Shown here one piece after another: positions 10,201 to 18,706 of a DNA stretch of 64,000 nt (the first letter of the stretch is position 1; each line of letters starts with the position of its first letter). The notes below the pieces were generated by a model, which worked only from the letters and a program-made list of their open reading frames with translations, was not told the origin of the DNA and did no database searches. The translations under genes were made by a program, and so were the position numbers. This DNA is from Bacteroidota bacterium. Lineage in GTDB: Bacteria > Bacteroidota > Rhodothermia > JANXDC01. Where the stretch lies: the NCBI GenBank assembly GCA_025059945.1, contig JANXDC010000015.1:184053-248052 (forward strand), written 5' to 3'.

Positions 10201-10758
10201 GGCCTCTAGGGCCCGGGTTACGGGTTCTCGATCGGGTTCATAGAGAAGCCCCAGCGGGGAAAGCGCCAGAATCTCCTCTACGCTGTATCCCAGAAGGTCC
10301 GCCAGGCGGGGGTTTGCGTACACGAACCGGCCATCCTGCAACAGGTACGTGGCCGCAGGACTGGTATCGAGCATCTCGCGAAAGAGAGCGGCCTCCTCGT
10401 TCCCTCTTTGCGGTTGCAACAAGAGCAAAAGCAGCTCTTGACCGTTGTGCGCAAAGCGGCGCAAGCTGAAGCGCACCGGAATCCAGGTGCCCTTTGCGTC
10501 CAAGACGAAAAGGGGTTCCTCGAGCAGATCCGCGCCCCGGGCGAATTTTTCCCCGTGGGCGCCGACGAGTTCCGGGGGACACAGCTCTTCTATACGGCGA
10601 CCGCGAAACCACTCCCGGGATCGGCCTAAGAGCTCGGCGGCGGCCGGGTTGGCCTCGAGCAGGCGACCTGTGGCCGCCTCCGCGATCAAGAGCGCATCCG
10701 GAAAAGCCTCACCTAGGGCATCCCCCCAGAGCGCGACACGCTTACGGCGAGGAGGCAT
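7225..10758 (-). CDS. hybrid sensor histidine kinase (multi-PAS, GAF, HisKA, HATPase_c, receiver)
   Basis: 1177 aa. Several PAS/PAC segments and a GAF-like region. H-box [27 protein letters not shown]. HATPase G-boxes VVDTGRGI...GAGLGLAI. C-terminal REC domain (VLIVEDHPE...[10 protein letters not shown]...YLTKP). Confidence 0.85.
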   Translation of the reverse strand: [1177 protein letters not shown]

Positions 10759-13387
10759 GGCTTTCTGTTGCGCGCAAGATTCGATCCAGTACCTCGAGCA
10801 GCTGGGCTCGGCGTATGGGTTTGCTCAGCACGGCATCGAAACCTTGAAGCAAAAGATGTTCCTCGTCAGCCTTCCCGCTCGCATAGGCCGTCTGGGCGAT
10901 GATGGGCCTTCGGGCGTAGGCCGGATCCGCGCGCAGGGCTCGAGCCAACTCCACTCCGGAGCGCCCCCCGGGCAGGTGCAGGTCGACCAGAAAGACCCCG
11001 AAGGGATCCCCGGCCTCAGCGGCCCGGACCGCCATCTCCAGGGCCAGCTCCGCATTGGGAGCAATCGAGACGCGCGCTAGCCCTCTTAAATAGGCGCGCA
11101 GCAGTTCAGCCGCCTCCGGGATGTCCTCGATGATGAGCACCCGAGGTTGCAAAAGGCGCAAGCGCTCCGCATATGCTCCCTCTGGAAACGGTCCCTTAGG
11201 GCTTTGCGGAGGCAAGGGCAAGCCGATGCGCACCGCGGTGCCCGCTCCGGGGCTAGAGCTGACCTGCACCCACCCCTCCATGCGCTCCAGCAACCTGCGC
11301 GCGATGGCCATTTCAAGGCCTCCGCCTTCATAAGCCCGCGCAAAACCCTCGGATTCCTGTCGGAAGGGCTCAAAAAGGGCGCGTTCCAGAAATTCCGCGC
11401 TCATGCCCCGGCCCGTGTCGACGATCTCCACGTGGGCTTCGCGTCTATCTTGGGCTACCGACACCGATAGCCGGATCTGGCCGTGGTCTGTATACTGCAC
11501 GGCGTTCCGCAGGAAGTTATCTATAGCTTGGCGAAGTCGGACCTCATCGGCCCTGACCAGCACCGGATGTGCTGGGCGTTGCCACAATAGGGCAAGCCCT
11601 TTGCGTTCGGCTTCGGGTCTGTGTAGGTGTACTAGTTCCTCTAGCAAGGTCTCTAGCCGAACGGTGCGGGGCTCCAGGGGCATGCGGTTGGCCTCTAAGG
11701 CGGCCAGGTCCAGCAAGTTGGAAAGCAGGCGCAGAAGCCGGTGTCCGCTGGCGAGGATGCTCTGGGTGAACTCTGCTAACTGCGCTTCGTTTCGGGCCAC
11801 CAACTCGTCGCGCAATAGCTCCGCAAAGCCCAGAATGCCCGTAAGGGGGGTGCGGATCTCATGGCTCATCGAGGCTAGAAAGTGCGTCTTCATGCGCGCA
11901 GCCTCCTCGGCCTCGCGCTGGGCTCGCTTGAGCTCCTCTTCATACGTCTTGCGGGCCGTGATATCCCGAAAGATGTTCAGACGGGCCTCTTCGCCCTCCC
12001 ACAGGATCGGACGGACGGATACCTCGACGTCATAGCCGCGCCCATCCCGGCTGCGCAGGCGTAGTTCGTAGCGGTCCGGAACCGGAAGGCCGAGCTCAAC
12101 GCGCCGAAACCGCTCTTGCAGCAGGGGCACGTATGCCGGGTCCACGAGCGCGAAGATGTTAAAATCCGGACGCAATAGCTCCGCCGCCGTGTACCCGGTC
12201 ATGCGCTCGAAGGCGGGGTTAACGTAGACAAGCCTCCTGCGATCCGCGCTTACAAGCCCGATGCTAATCGGATCGGGGGCCTCACGCAGAATCATTTCAA
12301 GAAGCTCGCGCCGCTCGGTTAGCTCCCGCTCTATGCGTTCGCGCTCCGTAACGTCCCGAACAATAGACAGCAGGGCCGCTTTGCCCTCCCAGTTTATCGG
12401 GGCGGTGCGGACTTCGGCGTAAAACGTCGATCCATCGGGGCGGATGAGCACTTCCTCTAGCGGCGGTACGGCCTCGCCGGTCGTTAGCGCATGTCGTATG
12501 CGCTCAAGGACTACGGCGTGGTAGTCCGGATGCACCAGCTCCAGCACAGAACGACCGAGCAGCACTTCGGGCCCCGAGACGCGCATCAGGCGCACGCCTT
12601 CGGGGTTGACGTAGACCAGGCGCCCATCTTGGTGTACGGCGAGAGCATCGGGCAGGTGTTCTACAAGCGTCCGGAAGCGGGCCTCACTTTCCTCTAAAGC
12701 CGCCTTTAGCTCGTAGAAGGCGGTCTGATCCGTCATGATACCCCGCAGCCGAACGGCTCGTCCGCCCTCCTGCAGCACGGTGACGCGGTCATGGATGTAA
12801 AGCAGGCGGCCGTCGGCGCTCAACATCCGGTATGTGAACTCGTGGTCCTGGCCAGCCTCCGTCATGCGTTTGCAGAAGGCCACGGCCCGCTCCCGGTCCT
12901 CGGGGTGGATGTGCGCGGCCCAGAAGTCGGGCTCTTCCAGCCACTGCTCCACGGGATAGCCCAAGAGCGTCTCCGCATACGGGCTTACGTACGTAAAGCG
13001 CCAACTGGGCAGCTCTACCTCCCAGACAATGCCCTGAACGGAGTCCACCAGCTCCTGATAGCGTCGCTCCAGGGGACCTGGGTCAAAGAGGCTGCCCGCG
13101 ATCAGCTCGCGCTCTGAGTCCAGCAGGGCCGAAATCCACAGTTCGATCGTATGGCCCCCTCGGTGGCGCAGCCGTACAGGGCGGGCCTGCACTTGGCCGT
13201 GTGCGCGCAGCTCCGCAAGCAGCGCTTCGCGCTCCTGTGGGTTTTCGTAAAGCGCCTCTAGAGGGATGTTGCGCAGCTCCTCTAGGCTTGTATATCCGAG
13301 CAACCCTAGAAAGGAGCTGCTGGCCTGTATTAGCCGCCCCCCAACCGTGGACAGATATGTACCCAATATGTAGGGGCCGCGCCGCAT
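10742..13387 (-). CDS. hybrid sensor histidine kinase (multi-PAS, HisKA, HATPase_c, receiver)
   Basis: H-box [27 protein letters not shown]. HATPase VDTGRGM...[12 protein letters not shown]. C-terminal REC (VLIIEDIPE...[10 protein letters not shown]...VLSKP). Start reassigned to ATG 13387 (MRRGPYILG...). The listed ORF start at 13516 would run across tRNA-Arg on the opposite strand. Confidence 0.8.
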   Translation of the reverse strand: [881 protein letters not shown]

Positions 13388-13449
13388 TAGAGCCCGCTTT
13401 ACGGGAAATATACGAAGCTGGGTTACGGACGCAAGTGGGCTCCGGAAAC

Positions 13450-13482
13450 CTTGACAGGCCTTTACGGAACGGGCTAACTTTG
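13450..13482 (+). promoter_or_regulatory. sigma70-like promoter for tRNA-Arg (TTGACA-N17-CTAACT)
   Basis: TTGACA at 13450-13455 and CTAACT 17 nt downstream, about 7 nt before the tRNA 5' end. Sequence inspection only. Confidence 0.35.
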
Positions 13483-13488
13483 CGGCGT

Positions 13489-13562
13489 GCGCCCGTAGCT
13501 CAATTGGATAGAGCATCTGACTACGGATCAGAAGGTTGGAGGTTCGAGTCCTCCCGGGCGCG
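13489..13562 (+). tRNA. tRNA-Arg (anticodon ACG)
   Basis: Cloverleaf folded by hand. Acceptor GCGCCCG/CGGGCGC, D-arm GCTC-AATTGGATA-GAGC, anticodon stem TCTGA/TCAGA with loop CTACGGA, T-arm GGAGG-TTCGAGT-CCTCC, discriminator G. CCA not encoded. Confidence 0.9.
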
Positions 13563-13567
13563 CTCCG

Positions 13568-13600
13568 AGGCCGCTCCTAAAAAGAGCGGCCTTTTGTTTG
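13568..13600 (+). terminator. rho-independent terminator after tRNA-Arg, between convergent tRNA and hydroxyproline operon
   Basis: 9-bp GC stem AGGCCGCTC / GAGCGGCCT with an 8-nt loop, followed by TTTGTTTG. Confidence 0.6.
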
Positions 13601-13616
13601 GGTGCAAAGTCCCCTT

Positions 13617-15191
13617 TTACAAGCGCCACTGGCCTCCGACTAGACAGGGGACGGGCAGCCTGCGGAGGGGTTCGGGGAGCAGGGCCTCTGGGGTATTCTG
13701 CAGCGCAACGGGTCTCAGAAAGCGCTCGATGGCTCGCATCCCCACGGAGGTGAAGCGCCCGTCCGTGGTGGCCGGAAAAGGTCCTCCATGCACGGTGGCG
13801 TAGCCCACCTCCACACCTGTAGGAAAGCCATTCCAGACGATGCGGCCCACCCGGTGAAGGGCTTTTCCCAGAAGCTGTCGGGCCAGCTCGAGATCTGCTT
13901 CGGCCGCATGCAGGCACAGGGTAAGCTGTCCCTCGAGCTGATCTAAAAAGCGCAGCAGCTCATCTGGCTCGGTGTATTCGAGCAGCACGGTGACCGGGCC
14001 GAAGACCTCTTCCCTTAGGGCCTTTTGCTCCCAGAAGGTTTCCAGAGTCGCCTCCCATACCGTGGCTACGGCCGACCAGGGGCTCGTCGCGCCAGCGGGC
14101 GCGCGTCCCTGAGCAAGCAGCCGCGCGCCGGCCTGAGCCAGACGCACGATCCCGGCGTGATATCCGGCATGAATGCGCGCCGTAAGCAGGCATCCGGATG
14201 GGCTGTTAGACACTAGTTCGCTTAGGCGGTCTCGCAGCAGATAGGCTTCTCGCATGCGGGGCAGCAAGACCAGTCCAGGACGGGTGCAGAATTGTCCCAC
14301 GCCCAGCGTAAAGGACGCGTACAGGCCCTCGGCCAGGGGCAGGGCTCGCTCGCGCAGGGCGCCTGGAAGCACCAGCACAGGGTTCAAGCTGCCCATCTCC
14401 GCGAAGACCGGTATGGGGTCAGGCCGCCGGGCGGCAAGCCGCCACAGGGCCATGCCGCCTGTTCGGGAGCCCGTGAAGGCCACGGCCCGCACGCCGGGAT
14501 GCCGCACAAGCGCGCGCCCCACACCGAAGCCCGCATCGAAAAGCAAGGCGAAACTCCCCGCTGGAAGCCCAACGGCCCTCAAGGCTTCCACAATGCATTG
14601 GCCGGCCAGCTCCGAAGTGCCGGGATGCGCCGGATGGGCTTTCATCAGAACCGGGCATCCCGCGGCGAGAGCCGAAGCCGTATCGCCGCCGACAGTGGAG
14701 AAAGCTAAGGGAAAATTTGCCGCCCCAAAGACGGCCACGGGGCCTATTCCGATCCGAAAGGATCGGATCTCCGGCTTGGGAGCCGGCTTGCGATGAGGAT
14801 CAGCGGGATCCATACGCACATCCTGCCACCATCGGGCGCGAAGCAGCTCCGCAAAAAGCCTAAGCTGCGCCGTTGTGCGCTTGAGTTCCCCTTCCAACCG
14901 GGCGCCTCCGAGCGCGGTCTCCGCTTCGGCCCGTTCGAGCAGCGCTTGGGAGCAATGCTCTAGATTTTGCGCGATCTGTTCCAGCAACTTTGCCCGTTGT
15001 TCCGCATCCGAGACGGCCAAGACCGGGAAGGCCGCTTGCGCCGCCTGGACGGCGTCCTCTACCTCGGCACGCCCGAGTCCTCGGTAGGTTGGATCCAGCC
15101 GTTGGCCGTCTGTGGGGCGCAGGGCCCAAAAGCGCCGACCGCGACCGCGAACCGGCTTCCCCTCGATCCAAGAGCATCCCGTAAGTCGCAT
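13617..15191 (-). CDS. alpha-ketoglutarate semialdehyde (2,5-dioxovalerate) dehydrogenase, ALDH superfamily
   Basis: ALDH-family sequence with catalytic Cys context (VGQFCTRPG) and Glu region. Start ATG 15191 (MRLTGCSWIEGKP) overlaps the upstream stop by 1 nt (TGATG). The listed ORF start at 15488 runs through the upstream gene. Confidence 0.75.
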   Translation of the reverse strand: MRLTGCSWIEGKPVRGRGRRFWALRPTDGQRLDPTYRGLGRAEVEDAVQAAQAAFPVLAVSDAEQRAKLLEQIAQNLEHCSQALLERAEAETALGGARLEGELKRTTAQLRLFAELLRARWWQDVRMDPADPHRKPAPKPEIRSFRIGIGPVAVFGAANFPLAFSTVGGDTASALAAGCPVLMKAHPAHPGTSELAGQCIVEALRAVGLPAGSFALLFDAGFGVGRALVRHPGVRAVAFTGSRTGGMALWRLAARRPDPIPVFAEMGSLNPVLVLPGALRERALPLAEGLYASFTLGVGQFCTRPGLVLLPRMREAYLLRDRLSELVSNSPSGCLLTARIHAGYHAGIVRLAQAGARLLAQGRAPAGATSPWSAVATVWEATLETFWEQKALREEVFGPVTVLLEYTEPDELLRFLDQLEGQLTLCLHAAEADLELARQLLGKALHRVGRIVWNGFPTGVEVGYATVHGGPFPATTDGRFTSVGMRAIERFLRPVALQNTPEALLPEPLRRLPVPCLVGGQWRL

Positions 15192-16102
15192 CAACCGGAG
15201 ATCTCCTCCATGAGTCTGGCTCGGGTGCTTAAGGCCTGTTGTACGAGCTCCCAAACGGTGCGCCGCTCCGTCTCGGATAATTCCAGACGCGGAGGGCGAA
15301 CGCGCGCTGAGCCCATTCCGATGATTTCCTGCACGAGCTTGATGGCCTGCACGAACTTGGGATGCGTATCCAGCCTGAGCAGGGGTAAAAACCATCGATA
15401 AAGCCCTTCTAGCGGCGCTCCGGATCGGGCGCGCGTAAAGAGCACGACGGATTCCCGGGGCAGCGCGTTGGCTAAGCCGGCCACCCATCCCGAGGCCCCG
15501 GAGCGCACGCCCTCAACCACTAGGTCGTCAATACCCACCAGCAGCCGGATGCTATCGCCCAGTAGCGCGCGCAGCGCCGTGATGCGTCGCACATCGCCGC
15601 TGGATTCCTTGACCGCCTCTAACTGGGGGAAACGCTGGGCCAACTCGGCGATCATCTCGGGCACAAAGTCCGTCCCGTACGCGCCGGGGTTGTTGTACAG
15701 CATCACGGGTCGGTCCACGGCATCCAGGATCGACATCACATATTGTCGCGCCTCCCGCTCGTCGGGTCGATATACGTAGGGGGGGAGGAGCATAAAACCG
15801 TGTGCGCCCTGGGCCTGCCCTTGACGGGCCAGTTGGATCACCTGTTGGGTGCTCAGACCAGAAAGGCTCAAGATCACCGGGGCTTGATCGCCCACCGCCT
15901 CTAGAGCCGTCTCGAGCAGTTGGAGCTTTTCCTCCGTTTCCAGAGTAGCGCCCTCCCCTAGGGAGCCGCATAGGATGAGTCCGGAGCAGCCATGCGCAAG
16001 CAGCCAGCGCGCATGCTGGGCGAAAAAGGCGTAATCCACGGCGCCATCGGCTCTAAACGGCGTCGTGACAGCGGGCATAACCCCGGTCCAGGTGGGCTTC
16101 AT
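15191..16102 (-). CDS. DapA/DHDPS-family enzyme, predicted delta1-pyrroline-4-hydroxy-2-carboxylate deaminase
   Basis: Class I aldolase of the dihydrodipicolinate synthase family (VMPAVTTPF...GLILCGSLGEG...). Function assigned from context between hydroxyproline dehydrogenase and KGSA dehydrogenase. Confidence 0.7.
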   Translation of the reverse strand: MKPTWTGVMPAVTTPFRADGAVDYAFFAQHARWLLAHGCSGLILCGSLGEGATLETEEKLQLLETALEAVGDQAPVILSLSGLSTQQVIQLARQGQAQGAHGFMLLPPYVYRPDEREARQYVMSILDAVDRPVMLYNNPGAYGTDFVPEMIAELAQRFPQLEAVKESSGDVRRITALRALLGDSIRLLVGIDDLVVEGVRSGASGWVAGLANALPRESVVLFTRARSGAPLEGLYRWFLPLLRLDTHPKFVQAIKLVQEIIGMGSARVRPPRLELSETERRTVWELVQQALSTRARLMEEISG

Positions 16103-16114
16103 AGACGTTTGCTC

Positions 16115-17368
16115 CTACGCTTGCCATTGGGCCCAAAGTCCAGCGGGAATAGGGAAGATCGGCGGGCGAGCCGGACCTAAGCGCCAGCCGCGCAGGGTCT
16201 CCAAAATAGGCCCACAGACCCGACCTTGACACGGTCCCATCCCGCATCGGCTCTGTAGCTTGGCCGTGGGGCCGTCGGGATAGTGCGCCAGAGCCGACCA
16301 GGGGACGTCCTCACAGCGACAGATGATCGCCTCAGGCCGTACGAGGGAGGCCAGCTCAGGACGCGGCCGCAGCAGTCGGGTGAGCTCTCGGGCGAAGCGG
16401 TGCTCTCGATCCCGCCTCCATCGCCACAGAGCCGGAATCGGGCCTCCGGCTGTGGCGCGTCCGGCGATAAGCCCTTCCCAGATGGCCTTGTCCGCACCCC
16501 CGATGCCGGTGACCTCGCCGGCGGCGTATATGCCGGCTTGAGAGGTCTCTTGATTGGGTCCCACGCGAAGGAAGCCCTCCCGGGTGCGAGCGCAGCCCAG
16601 AAGCTCGCCCAGCTCGGTGTTGGGCGCAAGCCCGTAGCCGAAGCCTACATAGGAGCATCGTAGTTGTCCCGTCTCGCCTCGAGCGTTGCTCCAGCGCAGG
16701 CCTTCGACCCGATCCGATCCCAAAATGCATACGGGCCAACTGTTCCAAAGCAGCCGCAGTCCGCCAAGCGCGCGCCACAGACGCAGGCCCCTTCGAAGCC
16801 GCGTCCATCCTCCGAAGTACAAAAGCAAGCGCGCCCAGGTAAGGGGCGTGTGTTGCTCAAGCACCAGCGGGATGTGCGCGCCGCGCCTGCATAGTTCCGC
16901 AGCCACGGTCCAGAGCAGCGGTCCTGAGCCGGCCAAGACGGTCGGTACCCTCGATATGGGCCATCCGCCCTTAACCAGGGTCTGCAACCCGCCTAAACCG
17001 AAGACCCCGGGCAACGTCCAGCCCACCACAGGCCAGAAGCGCTCCCGGGCGCCTGTAGTCAGGATCAGCCGCTCGGCCTCAAAGCTCTCCAGCCGATCTT
17101 CTCGGCACACGCCCAGCTTGCGGTCCTCGTAGCAGGCGAAGACCACGCTCGCAAGCGGCCAAAGCGTCAGACGTCCGGTCGCCTGCAAAGGCGCCATCGC
17201 CTCCCAGAGTTTTCGATATAGGCCGTCCTTTTTCGCGGGGGGGCCGATCGCCCCGCCGCAGCGGGCTGAGGCCTCCAGTAGGGCCACCTGCAAGCCGGAT
17301 CGGGCGGCCGCGACAGCGGCCGCCACGCCGGCCGGACCGCCTCCTATCACCAGCACGTCATAGCGCAT
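16115..17368 (-). CDS. D-hydroxyproline dehydrogenase alpha-like subunit (FAD/NAD(P)-binding oxidoreductase with C-terminal Cys cluster)
   Basis: N-terminal MRYDVLVIGGGPAGVAAAVAAARSG Rossmann motif. C-terminal CRCEDV...CGMGPCQGRVCG Cys motifs as in opine/hydroxyproline oxidase A subunits. Start overlaps the gamma-subunit stop by 11 nt. Confidence 0.65.
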   Translation of the reverse strand: MRYDVLVIGGGPAGVAAAVAAARSGLQVALLEASARCGGAIGPPAKKDGLYRKLWEAMAPLQATGRLTLWPLASVVFACYEDRKLGVCREDRLESFEAERLILTTGARERFWPVVGWTLPGVFGLGGLQTLVKGGWPISRVPTVLAGSGPLLWTVAAELCRRGAHIPLVLEQHTPLTWARLLLYFGGWTRLRRGLRLWRALGGLRLLWNSWPVCILGSDRVEGLRWSNARGETGQLRCSYVGFGYGLAPNTELGELLGCARTREGFLRVGPNQETSQAGIYAAGEVTGIGGADKAIWEGLIAGRATAGGPIPALWRWRRDREHRFARELTRLLRPRPELASLVRPEAIICRCEDVPWSALAHYPDGPTAKLQSRCGMGPCQGRVCGPILETLRGWRLGPARPPIFPIPAGLWAQWQA

Positions 17369-17612
17369 CGGGGCACTCCACCCGCATCCCCGGAGTGCAC
17401 GGAACCCAGCAAGCCCGTTCCGCCGGGCGACCGTTGATCCTCACCCGGCACTCGAAGCAAAGCCCAATGCCGCAAAGGGGGCCTCGAGGTTTACCCGATA
17501 CGGAACGTCGAAACGCCCAGTAGCCGGCCCGAGCCAGCGCAGCGGCCACCGTAAGGCCGGCTTCCACCGTCATGGGGCGGTCGTTGATCCAGATCAAGAT
17601 GGGTTCGGGCAC
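17358..17612 (-). CDS. D-hydroxyproline dehydrogenase gamma-like subunit, (2Fe-2S)-binding protein
   Basis: About 85 aa. Motif GPLCGIGLCFECRVRINGRP...CWVPC is a 2Fe-2S ferredoxin-like Cys pattern. GTG start at 17612 is preceded by GGAGG. A TTG overlapping the beta-subunit TGA is an alternative. The listed ORF start at 17813 lies inside the beta gene. Confidence 0.6.
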   Translation of the reverse strand: MPEPILIWINDRPMTVEAGLTVAAALARAGYWAFRRSVSGKPRGPLCGIGLCFECRVRINGRPAERACWVPCTPGMRVECPDAL

Positions 17613-18706
17613 AATCTCCCCTCCAGCCGGTAGGGTTCTGGATCCAACACAGGGGGACGATCCAGGACGTATCCCGCCACGAGCTCGGCTACGGCCGGCG
17701 CCATTGCTATCCCCAGGCCCTCCTGGCCGGTAGCCACAAGCCAACGCGGCTGTCCGGGATACGGACCGATAAGCGGACGCCCGTCGGAGGTAGCAGCTCT
17801 CAGGCCCGTCCAAGCCCGCAGCACCGGACAGGAGGTCAGCTCGGGCACGTGCGCGCAGGCCTCAGCCAGTAGCATGGCCATCCAGGTGGGATTCGGGCGC
17901 CGGTCCCAGAGGTCCCATTCGCGCGAAGACCCGATGAGCACTTGTCCGTTGGGCCGGGGATGCAGGTTAAAGGCCCGGGAGCGCGCTTCGGGGGCGCGTA
18001 CGCTATCGTGGTACGCCAAGCTCACCAGGGCGTGCCGGATCAGACCGGGACAGCGGTCCGTTATGGCCAGATGTCCTCTGCGGGGACGCAGCGGCAACTC
18101 CGGCAGAAGCGTCAGCGCCCCCAGACCCGCCGCTATTACGATCCAGGAACTCGCAAGACGTTGACCGTTCTCTAGTCGGATCGCGTTTTCTTCCAGGGCT
18201 ACGACACGAGCTTGCATCAGTTTCGCCCCGAGGGTCTGGGCCCGCTCCAGCAGGTGCCATGCCGCCCGGGGGGCGTAAATTGTGGCATCGTCTGGCACCC
18301 AAAGCGCTCCGAGCCAGCCGGAACGCAGATGGGGCTCTCGGAGCGCAAGCTCCGATTCCTCGAGCAGTTCTGCTGGAAAGCCAGCTTCGATGAATAGCTC
18401 CTGCCACCGCTGGGCTTCTTGCATGGCATGCGCATCCGGGATGAGCCATAGGGTGCTGATACGCGCGTATTCCACCTCTGGCGGCAGCCAGGCGCTCCAC
18501 TGTTGCCAGAGGCTGCGGCCGAGTAGGCTGAGCTCCCAGACCCCGGGGGCGCCCCCGTGGGCCGTAATATGGCCCATTCCCGCGCCCGTGGCCTCGGTCC
18601 CCACAGGCGCCTCGTGCACGACCAGCACGCGCAGTCCTGCCGTCGCCAGACGCCAAGCGCAGGCCGCTCCCGTGATGCCGGCCCCGATGATGAGCACATC
18701 CCGCAT
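17594..18706 (-). CDS. D-hydroxyproline dehydrogenase beta-like subunit (FAD-dependent, DAO family)
   Basis: Start ATG 18706 (MRDVLIIGAGITGAACAWRLATAG, a dinucleotide-binding motif) overlaps the epimerase stop by 1 nt (TAATG). Confidence 0.7.
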   Translation of the reverse strand: MRDVLIIGAGITGAACAWRLATAGLRVLVVHEAPVGTEATGAGMGHITAHGGAPGVWELSLLGRSLWQQWSAWLPPEVEYARISTLWLIPDAHAMQEAQRWQELFIEAGFPAELLEESELALREPHLRSGWLGALWVPDDATIYAPRAAWHLLERAQTLGAKLMQARVVALEENAIRLENGQRLASSWIVIAAGLGALTLLPELPLRPRRGHLAITDRCPGLIRHALVSLAYHDSVRAPEARSRAFNLHPRPNGQVLIGSSREWDLWDRRPNPTWMAMLLAEACAHVPELTSCPVLRAWTGLRAATSDGRPLIGPYPGQPRWLVATGQEGLGIAMAPAVAELVAGYVLDRPPVLDPEPYRLEGRLCPNPS

